In this document: piece after piece, positions 1 to 8,837 of the stretch
How the letters are laid out: the number at the start of each line of letters is the position of its first letter
Position numbering within the stretch: the first letter of the stretch is position 1
The notes under the pieces: generated by a model
The model's database searches: none
What the model saw: only the letters and a program-made list of their open reading frames with translations
What the model was told of the DNA's origin: nothing
Translations under genes and position numbers: made by a program
Source: Paraspadella gotoi
Taxonomy: Eukaryota; Animalia; Chaetognatha
DNA length: 39,827 bases
Assembly (NCBI GenBank): GCA_051294375.1
Contig: CM119268.1
Coordinates: 19,215,996-19,255,822 of the forward strand
Direction: 5' to 3'

Positions 1-1196
1 TCTCGGTGTCGAACGTGGAGACGAGTTTTACCGTCAGGTATACAGGAGTGGGACCCTAAATCGAGGAAAAACCAGCCCAACCTGAACGATTTGATACACG
101 AGTGGCAAAAGTATTTTTGGGCTTTTTACTATCATAGAAGGAGATCGCAGGAGATCAATATCATCAGAATCGAAAACGGATCGGAGGATCGGGCAATCGC
201 CTCCAGAATGGAATCGCCGAATGCTGATTTGCTGAGCTGGAACCGATATCGATCAATCAGCTTGCAAAAACCATTGAACTGTCAAAAAAAACTCTTGCCT
301 CTGATCCTCTCTCTCAGATATAAATAGTCTTAGTTTCAGTCGCATTGATCAAGATTCAAGACTCCAGCGTGCGTCTCACCGTCAACCTGTTTCTCAGGGG
401 TGGCGAGAGGGGGGACACCCGGTCCCCAGGGGGGCCCGGGAGAAAAAAAGAAGGAACAAAAAAGGAAAGAAAAGAAGAAAACAAGAAGAAAAAAAAAAGA
501 AAGAAAAAAAAAGGAATTGAGTGATTAAGAAAAAGGTTCAGTCCGTGCAGATTAGTCAAACTGATCAAATTCAGGTTAGATCATGCTAGGGGCCTCTTTA
601 GACTTTTGGGGACAAGTTGGGCCCCTAATAAAGTCAAATCAAGGCCCATTTATTGGTAATGTCCCAACTGTTTCAGGGATATAGTCCATTTCACTTTTAA
701 TGGGGCCACTAATTCAGTCAAATAAGGACCCTTCTAGAGGTAAAAAACAAACAATTTCAAAGGAAAGTTCTTATGACTTTGTTTCAAATCAATGAGGGCC
801 CCACAATACTTTATGAGATAGTAACCAAAGCAATGATAGCATACACGATAATCCTTTTCTTTGGGATTTGGGTTATTATTAATTTATACATATTAATTAA
901 TATATTATATTTTATCTCTATTGCCACTCATGGTTAAAAATAAGCGCTAAATCTCATCTAGTCAGAAGGTTTAACAAATTTAGACCCCTCGCTCAGACTA
1001 GAGGAGAGGCACAATAATTGTGATTTAAAAGAAAAAAAAGTGTCAGTCAAACACCATTGCCAGGTTGCAAAAGTCCAGCAGGAAGAAGTTTGAGCACTGG
1101 AGCAATTTTCAAGGCAGAAAGTCGGTAACCGAAAACTGCTCAGAATAAATCTCGTTTTGATTTAAATTTGGAAATCCGTGAGTTTTTCCTCAAGTG

Positions 1197-1243
1197 TGGT
1201 GGCAGCGGTAGGACTCGAACCCACGCCTCCGAAGAGACTGGTG
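1197..1243 (-). pseudogene. tRNA-Leu 3' half (position 38 to CCA); retro-copied fragment or extended primer-binding site
   Basis: Reverse complement CACCAGTCTCTTCGGAGGCGTGGGTTCGAGTCCTACCGCTGCCACCA = 3' anticodon stem, long variable arm, T-arm (GGTTCGA), acceptor 3' strand, discriminator A and encoded CCA. The 5' half is absent. Confidence 0.85.
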
Positions 1244-1753
1244 AAAAAAAAAAGAAAAACAATTTAAGCAACTGCAAGGCGTCGTTGATGTTTTCAAAAC
1301 ATTTATTCGCGCGCATTGTATTGCATACGATAAAAGAAGATTATAACGAATAAGCTTAAATTGTCAAATACTTTATGTATTTCTTACCTTTTTGACGCTT
1401 TTATTATGTATTAAGAAATCTTACATGATTAATTTAATTATCTGAAAATATCGTTAATAAATGTCTTGATAAAAATAAGTTTTATTAAAAATTAAACCAT
1501 AACAGTAACTTACCCAAATCTAACCTGCTTAATCAAAATACTATGTACACCTTGCCAGAAGCATTTTTATACTACAAATAAGTACTTCCAAAATATTTTT
1601 AACTTTAAGTATTAGAATGAGATTTAAGTATTCAAACATTTAGTATTCAAACATTTTTCTTCCACACCTCGCAGAGAAAACCGAGCAGTTGCCTTTGCTG
1701 CATAAAAAAAACATAATATCAAAGAATTTCAAAACAATTAATATATGGTCCAG

Positions 1754-1978
1754 GTCGCCCTAGAGACGGACTTCGCCAAAGTGCAACGAGTTAAAGGCGG
1801 TAAAACGCCGTTCACGAAAGATGGTCGCTCGCTGTACCGAAGGGGCGTGGCGGGAGATTGGCGTCGCTTCATCACCGTGGCGCTCAACGAAGAGATCGAC
1901 GCTAAGATCGAGAAAGAATGGAGAGGGAGTGGGTTGGAGAATTTATTTGATTACGGAGAGAAGATTAAGAAGTTGTAG
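1754..1978 (+). CDS. Terminal exon of a cytosolic sulfotransferase (SULT family)
   Basis: After acceptor ggtccag|, reads VALETDFAKVQ...LYRRGVAGDWRRFITVALNEEIDAKIEKEWRGSGL...KKL*. RRGVAGDW matches the SULT RKGxxGDWK PAPS-binding motif followed by the dimerisation-type 'TVA.NE' segment. Upstream exons not identified in the window. Confidence 0.8.
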   Translation, partial: VALETDFAKVQRVKGGKTPFTKDGRSLYRRGVAGDWRRFITVALNEEIDAKIEKEWRGSGLENLFDYGEKIKKL

Positions 1979-2385
1979 AATTAAGAATATTGAGAAGATT
2001 AAGATTAAGAAGTTGTAGAATGAAGAGGAACCGGGTTAGATAATTTATTTGATTACGGAGAGAAGATTAAGAAGTTGTAGAATTAAGAAGATTGAGAAGA
2101 TTAAGATTAAGAAGTTGTAGAATGAAGAGGAACCGGGTTGGAGAATTTATTTAATTACGGAGAGAAGATTAAGAAGTTGTAGAATTAAGAAGATTGAGAA
2201 GATTAAGATTAAGAAGTTGTAGAATGAAGAGGAACCGGGTTGGAGAATTTATTTAATTACGGAGAGAAGATTAAGAAGTTGTAAAATTAAGAAGATTGAG
2301 AAGATTAAGATTAAGAAGTTGTAGAATGAAGAGGAACGGGTTGGATAATTTATTTGATTACGGAGAGAAGATTAAGAAGTTGTGA
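1931..2385 (+). repeat. 102-bp tandem repeat (~4.5 units) spanning the SULT stop codon
   Basis: Units start gggtt at 1931, 2033, 2135, 2237, 2338; internal sub-repeat agattaagaagttgtagaa. Confidence 0.95.
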
Positions 2386-4309
2386 ACAATGAATATGTTT
2401 GTTATTAGTGAGTAAAGAAAATTCCTTTGGTTGTTAGTGTTAGAAAAGTAGTACCGTGAAGGGAATATTAAAGACCGATAGTCGTAGTATCAACTTGAAT
2501 GATTTCAATCATGACATTCCGTCAATATTTTCGCGTCTCGTCTCATCGTCAAATTTTTCTCTAGAAAAATAATCGAGTCAGTATTCCTCTAAGTATTGCA
2601 ACAATTTGAGGTCGTACGGGATTTGTATTTTTTATATTTTTGTCTGACTGTACGTACGTATAGTTCTCTTGAAAATAGCTCCGCCGATGAATACTGTAAA
2701 TATTTTTCAACATATATTTATCGTTTTTTTACTAACATTTTTACGTCCTTGTCTTTGTGACGTCATCTTAAACGCCCCATGATTATGATAGGAACAAGTA
2801 ACAGTCTATCTTTAGATATTATGCATAAATTGTTATAAACAACCTATTTTATGAGTCGAGATCCAAAAAAGCTTTAAAATTCAAAACATTTTGACTTAAT
2901 TCCTGATGGTCTATGTCAACATGGTCCATATTGTCGTTGTCGTTGCCATCCATTGTGACATGGTCAATTAAAGTTAACCGGAGCTAAACACCTTAATCTG
3001 TAATCAATTCCCTATTTCATCTTAGAATAGACGTAAAATCGACTGACGTTGAGCAAAAGGACCTTTATTAGAAAAAAGATCACAACCATCTATTACAGAT
3101 ACAATACCAAAAAAAAAAAAGAATTTCAATGAAATTTGCTTATATTTCGACTCCAGCTGAATGTAGGAACTCACAATTAAAGCTTTCTTTTTCTCATTTC
3201 AAAACAGGAATCTCCTTTCTCACTATGATCTTTTTCGTAGGTTACAACGGTATCACAAGCTTTATTTATTTTCACAAGTGAATTTTTTGTTGTTTAACAG
3301 AAAATTAAAAATCATGAATGAAAATAACTAATTGAAGGAAAGAAACTAATTGGAGGCAATCAATTTTGTCATAAAGAACATAATTAAGGCTATTTTTAGA
3401 ACGTTGTGAGACGAAGATCTGTGACATTCTACGATTTAGATTAATTTTAGACGTGGTTTTGTTCTTTTAAAACGAATTTAAACATTCGAACGAAAAAATG
3501 AAAGTACTCTTTTTGGCTACATTCGTTGTAACAGGTAAACAGAGAAACAACTTGTAAGAGAAAAAACATTTACACTAACGGGATAATGGTATTCATGGTT
3601 AAACAGATTTTTTTTGGTGCAACTCCGAGAGATCAAAAGAAAGAGAGAGAGAGAGCGAGAAAGATAAAGGTAAAAATTATAATCGTATTTACAACTATGT
3701 TTATTTATAATGATGATTTTTCTCGGAGAAATTCCAGTTATCACATGTCATTTAATAACAAATACACCATTTGTGTTGAGATATTTGACAACAATTTTAA
3801 CGTCCAAGATTCGGGGATTAATTTAAGCGGACGTTTAGTATATTTTTGTTTTTGATTCCAAAATCATTTCGTTCGTTGTCGGTTGTTCGTATCGCGAACC
3901 CCATATTAAAAGTCGGTATAAGTTATCATTAAATGATATGTTTATAAAAAATCGGATCAAATCAGAATCGACATGTGTAAAAACTTTATTTTTGATCGAG
4001 TATTAAAATAAGAGAAAAATGTGATTTTATACTGAACGATGGGAAAATTGGAGAGAAATTCTGAAAAAGACGGAAAGAGAGAGACAGAGACAGGGAGATG
4101 CCATTATTCCGTTTTCTTTGGTCTAAAGCTGCTTTTTTTAAAAAGCGAAGAATCGAGAAAGGACGAGCGTTTAATTTTAAAAAAGTAAAACAAAACAATG
4201 AATGAGTATAAACAGATATTAATAATGAAAGGGGAAAGATGACCAATAACAAGCCGAATCCCGACTTGAAAAAATATTTTAAGACATGACTTTTTGTTTT
4301 ATTAAAACC

Positions 4310-4521
4310 TCATCTCTCGCAGCACGGCGGCGCCACAGGTTCGGTGGATTGATTACAAAGCGAGGCTTCTAAAGTGAGCATCCGCAGGAGCGGGCCGATG
4401 TCGACGTGATAGCCGTTGGAGCATTGCGCCACTACGGCTTCGAGTCGGTGGTCGGGGAAGAGGGAGTAGACTAGGTTGTAGGAGCGGATGAGTCGTCGAG
4501 TATCGTCGACCGGGAGGTAAC
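4310..4521 (-). CDS. Terminal exon of a C1orf87-like EF-hand protein
   Basis: Acceptor ccgctccag|gt; encodes (G)YLPVDDTRRLIRSYNLVYSLFPDHRLEAVVAQCSNGYHVDIGPLLRMLTL...CCER*. RRLIRSYNLVYSL resembles the C1orf87 C-terminal RRLIHNYNLIYNL (recalled, not searched). Confidence 0.75.
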
Positions 4522-4698
4522 CTGGAGCGGGAGCGAGTAAATAAATATATAAATATACAAGTACAATAAACAATCTACGTACTTTATTTATTCAAGGAAT
4601 TTAAATAAAATTAATTCTGAAGGTTCAAACATCTGTTTTATAAATAAAACGAAAAAATATCAGCAAATACATAAGATTCAACAGCAATATAGAGAATA

Positions 4699-4712
4699 GT
4701 AACCATGACAAC
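4699..4712. promoter_or_regulatory. RFX X-box match in an intron
   Basis: GTAACCATGACAAC fits the consensus GTHNYYATRRNAAC exactly. Confidence 0.35.
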
Positions 4713-4733
4713 AGCAATAACAAGGTTTGTTAC

Positions 4734-4861
4734 CCGATTGATCGACGTCCGCCTGCGCCAACGCGTGCGCCATCTTCATGTAACCCGCGTACCAACTTTC
4801 CTCCTCTGTGTCTAACTTGGCGTCTGGATCCAGGTAGTTGTTCAGGTCGGGTTGACTCGCT
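4734..4861 (-). CDS. Penultimate exon of the C1orf87-like EF-hand protein
   Basis: Acceptor (CT)n-ttttcag|a, donor tcgg|gtaac; 128 bp, phase 2 in / phase 1 out, matching both neighbours. Encodes ASQPDLNNYLDPDAKLDTEEESWYAGYMKMAHALAQADVDQS; the spliced junction gives the EF-hand loop DVDQSGYLPVDD. Confidence 0.78.
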
Positions 4862-4867
4862 CTGAAA

Positions 4868-4872
4868 AGAGA

Positions 4873-4925
<53 letters not shown>

Positions 4926-4932
4926 AGAGAGA
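4868..4932. repeat. (GA)n microsatellite, serving as the intron polypyrimidine tract on the minus strand
   Basis: Direct reading. Other (GA/CT)n tracts lie near 7320, 25060, 25850, 30140, 31140, 32850, 33355, 38350, 39675. Confidence 0.95.
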
Positions 4933-5105
4933 GTAAGGAATCGCTTTCGGAAACGAAAACCTCACGAAAAAAATTCACCGACCATCACATGTAACTTTTT
5001 CACACCAAATGATTCATCCCTCACACGAATGAGATTCCAGTTCGAGTTGACAGAATATTTACCACTCTTCCCCCTCACTTTCAACCCCCCCTACGCACGA
5101 CTCAC

Positions 5106-5221
5106 CGAAGATACATGTGATCCGGTTGAGCATTGGAGAGAGAAGGGAGCACGCCGTTGGTGTGTGGAGATTGATCGGGCGGGCTTGGGTGACGGTAAAG
5201 GGAAAAGGTTCGCCGTTTGTC
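5106..5221 (-). CDS. Internal exon of the C1orf87-like protein
   Basis: Acceptor ttctttttctcag|g, donor cttcg|gtgagt; 116 bp. Open frame DKRRTFSLYRHPSPPDQSPHTNGVLPSLSNAQPDHMYLR ends in phase 2, in frame with the next exon. Confidence 0.65.
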
Positions 5222-5737
5222 CTGAGAAAAAGAATGAGAAGCGAGTTCAGATATTACGTCAATTGAAGAGATTATTCGTTTTTCATTTTTGGTTTAATTT
5301 AATTAATTAATTTAATTGACGAATAAATATTGAGAATGTTATTTTCGCCATCCTAGTGTCCTATAAATTAATTGATAAAGCAGCAATAATAATGTCAATA
5401 GTACGTGGTGATTTTCAACGTGACCGGTTCACAAATCCACGAAACCACTCCACGGATTTTCGTCGCAGAAACCAAATTTCTCCTTCACCTCTCACCCTCT
5501 CCCCCCTCAACCCCCCTCCACGCCAACTCCCCCCTCCGCGGCTCCGCCCCGTTAACGCTCCCTTATTTTTCTTTCTTTTTTTTTATATCTTTTCTCTTTT
5601 TTTATTTCGTTTTCTATTTCCTTTCTAAAATCCCATTTGGAAAAAATGGAAAAAGTGCAAGCGAGATTCTTGGGGAGAAAAAAAAATCAGCGGCGCCGAA
5701 AATTCCCGCGAAATAAACCAAATTTTCATCAAACTGG

Positions 5738-5795
5738 ACCGCAGCCGCAGCCGCAGCCGCAGCCGCAGCGGCCACCGCAGCCCAGCTAGCCGCAA
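5738..5795. repeat. (CCGCAG)n hexamer microsatellite
   Basis: ccgcagccgcagccgcag...; a second tract lies at ~6022-6070. Confidence 0.9.
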
Positions 5796-5890
5796 CCGTC
5801 CTCCCCGATATAATTGTCGTCATTCCTTACCTTCATTTACACACCAAAGACAGAAGTTTTAGACTAGTATAATTGTATCATTGGATTGGC

Positions 5891-6135
5891 TTTTAGTAAA
5901 GTCGCTCTTCGGTGACTCGGTGTCTCCCTAGCAAGCCCACAGCCCAACCCAATTGCCCCCAGCCCAATCGCCCTCAATCTTTGGTTTCACGTCGCAACTG
6001 CCCAAACTCATCTTTTCAATGGCGCAGCCGCCGCCACCGCCGCAGCCGCAGCCGCAGCCGCAGCCGCCGCCCCAATCCATCTTTTGCCTTTCATCCCCGA
6101 CGTGTCATTGGGAGTTTCCTGGGAGCTTGCTTTCA
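5891..6135 (+). mobile_element. Putative non-autonomous Helentron-type (HINE/DINE-like) element
   Basis: Starts TTTTAG, followed by hairpin AGTCGC-tcttcg-GTGACT and an internal (CCGCAG)n. Boundaries approximate. Confidence 0.3.
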
Positions 6136-7105
6136 TTCTTGCTTTCTTTCTTTCTTTAGTTCTTTCTTTTTTCTTTTTTCTTTTTTTTTCTTTTTTCTTT
6201 TTTTCTTTTATTCTTTTTTCTTTTTCTCTTTTTTTCTTTTTTTTTCTTTTTTTTCTTCTTTTTTTTCTTTTTTTCTTTTTTTTTTTCTTTTTTCTTTTTT
6301 TCTTTTTTCTTTCTACTTTTTCTTTCCTTTCTCTTCTTTACTTTATTTTTTTATTTTATTTATATTTTTTTGCTTATTTGCTTAGTTCTTTAGATTTTTT
6401 AGTTTCTGACACGTATTTCCTTTTATTTTTTTTCTTTCTTCATTTTACGTTCTTTTTTTTAAATCTTTTTATATCCGCTTTCTTTTATTTCCTTCTATTT
6501 CTTCTTATCGTCGGCGAAAATTCAATTTCTCCCAAAGGGAAATCCAAAAAAAGTTATCGCCCCTCAAGACGCTTTTCACCCCCCCCCACCCTGCCCCTGC
6601 CCCCCAGACGCCCCTTTCTTCTCTTGCGACATTCTTCACCCCATTCTACTTCATTCTATCCCGTTAACTTTCTATCCACTTGCTTTCATACTACAAAATC
6701 TTCCTATCCTATTTTCCTTCTCTTTATTTTTCTCTTCTCTCTCTTCACTTCTCTCTTCAAGTTTTATTTTCCTTACCCTTTACCCTGTTCCCAACTCCCT
6801 TCCTTTTCTTTCTTTCTCCATTTCCCTTTCTTCCTTTCCTTTCGTTCTCTTCAATTTCCCTTTCATTTCTTCCTTTTTCTTTCCTCTTTTCCCCATTTCT
6901 TCTTTTTCCTTTCCTTTCCCTTCTTTCTAATTTGATTTCCTTTCTTCCTTTTCTTCCCTTCCTCTCCCCATTTCCTCTTCTTCTTTCTTTCCTTCCCTTT
7001 TCTGATTTCCTTTCCTTTCCTTTTCCTTTTTCTATTCATTTCCTTTCTTCCCAAATGCCCTCCTATCTTCCCTTCCTTTCATTTCTTTCCCCCAATTTCT
7101 TTCAC
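6135..7105. repeat. Long polypyrimidine (T/C) low-complexity region
   Basis: Near-pure T/C tracts at 6135-6350 and 6700-7100; these generate the spurious F/S/L-rich ORFs. Confidence 0.9.
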
Positions 7106-7315
7106 AATCCTGGTTGGGGGGCAGACCGGTGAGAAAGGCAGAGGGCGACAAAAAGGGGGTAGCAAGGCGGGGGATGAAAGTGCTCCTCGGGGAAAAGGGG
7201 GCGGGGTTTCGTTTTTGTCAGTTTCGTCCCCCATTTCGTGTCACTTATGGGAAGATAGCGGACGGATGCCTATCTCTTGCCTCTTTACCCTGCCATATTC
7301 CCCATTCCATCTGGT

Positions 7316-7356
<41 letters not shown>

Positions 7357-7609
7357 AGAGATGCGAGAGAGAGAGAGAGAGAGCATTCAAGGTCGGTTTT
7401 AAAGACAAATTTGGTTTTTGCGACTTTTCTCGACGGGGGACGCCGTGTCTATTCATTCCTCAGGTGCGGCTTTAATTCGATACTGTTGCTGGCGTTTTAA
7501 CCTTTATTTCTTTTCTTGCTTGCACCCAAAAGCACCCTCGTACTCTTCGCACAACCCCCTGACTTTGGGCAACCCCGCCACCGAGGTCCCCTTTTAAGTC
7601 CTCTTTTTG

Positions 7610-7925
7610 TTTTTAGCCGGACTGCTTAAAGCAGAATCCGCGGCTCTATAATTCACTTTGTCGTCCGTCGATCCGCCCCTCAATCTTGTCGGGCATTCAC
7701 TTTTATCATTTTGTTTCAAAAACATTCGGAATTTATAATAATAATGCACAAAAAAATGAAATCAAATCCGTCCGTCGTACCGTCGTTCGGTCCGTCCGTC
7801 CGTCCGTCCGTCGTCCGTCCGTCCGTCCGTCCGTCCGTCCGTCCGTCCGTCCTCCGTCCGTCCGTCGTCCGTCCTCCGTCCGTCCGTCCGTCCGTCCGTC
7901 CGCCGTCCGTCCGTCCTTCGTCCGA
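7610..7925 (+). mobile_element. Putative non-autonomous Helentron-type (HINE/DINE-like) element, 5' part with (TCCG)n core
   Basis: TTTTTAG + hairpin AGCCG..CTGCTTAAAGCAG..CGGCT + CTATAATTCACTTTGTC, then (TCCG)n at 7768-7925. This is the typical layout of DINE-1/HINE-like elements. Confidence 0.45.
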
Positions 7926-8333
7926 AGTTTGTACAAATATAACTCGTTCCTCTTTCGATTTCTGGTTTCGATCGTCACTAAACAAGCCTTACCTACCTTA
8001 CCTCTCTCATTCCCAGCCACCCCCCTCCCTTCTTTTGACTCCCGCAAATGAGAAAAAGGCGTGAAATTTCGTCATCGACCGACCCTTGGCCCGAAAAGGT
8101 CGGGATGAAATTGAGAGAAAAGGCGCGAAGAAAGTTCAAACCGGAAAAGAGTTTTCACTTTTTTTTTAAGGTGAGCGTGAAAAAATGATTAGAGTTGAGA
8201 TGAGCAGAATATTTATGAAAAAAAGTAAAAATTTGCGTGTCATTTAATTTTTAATCGATCAACTAAATTAAATAATTTGATCTTGAAAGATGAAGACAAA
8301 GTCTGTTACAAGCAACGATTTTTATTTTAATGT

Positions 8334-8372
8334 ACAGACAAGTTTCGGCTTTCTTCAAGCCTTCATCAGTGC
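8334..8372 (-). ncRNA. Minimal type I hammerhead ribozyme of the PLE pseudo-LTR
   Basis: Minus strand GCA-CUGAUGA-A-GGCUU-gaaga-AAGCC-GAAAC-uu-GUC-UGU: intact core, 5-bp stem II, 1-bp stem III, short stem I. Predicted cleavage after GUC (between 8337 and 8336). Confidence 0.7.
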
Positions 8373-8837
8373 TTTGACAATTCACAGTTTTCATGTTTTC
8401 CAATTAACTTGGAAGCAGGAGAGAGAGAGAGAGAGACGAGAGAGAGTGAAATTAGAGAGAGAAGAAATGGCCAACAAAGATATGAGACAGGACAGTGGTG
8501 AATGTGCAGGACAGGTTTAAGTTAGTAGAGAGAGAGAGAGAGAATGTGATGGGAAAAGAAATTAAATTTGTGAATGAGGGAGAGAGAGACAGGAGAAGCA
8601 GAGGTTAAACATTTGGTAAGAAGAAGTTACATTAAAGAAAATGGACAACAATGATAAATTTAATAAATAGACAGACTTAACAAACTAAAATATTTAAATT
8701 AATTCAGATAAATTAATTAATAAAGGAGTGAAGTTAGATGAAATTGAAAATAAAGATGTTAGGCCGAGGTAAGGAAAGAGTAAGAGAAAAATAAAGAAAA
8801 AAGAAAAAGCTCAAAAATGAGCTGGCCCCCCCCGGTG

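Noticed and set aside
1-327. Open frame from base 1 to 327 followed by TATAAATAG
   Set aside because: No recognisable motif or splice structure; truncated by the window edge.
540-800. Two ~87-bp-spaced gggcc.ctaat..agtcaaat.aagg motifs
   Set aside because: Too short and degenerate to assign; possibly transposon subterminal repeats.
1197-1243. Functional tRNA gene
   Set aside because: The 5' half, D-arm (A box) and anticodon are absent.
1931-2385. CRISPR-like array
   Set aside because: Whole units repeat with no unique spacers; eukaryotic context; no cas genes.
6084-6935. 283-aa hydrophobic ORF (also 20891-22366 and 10995-11708)
   Set aside because: Product of T/C low-complexity sequence lacking stop codons; frames are not conserved between the duplicate copies.
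7686-8064. RPSV / DGRT repeat ORFs on both strands
   Set aside because: Translations of the (TCCG)n microsatellite.
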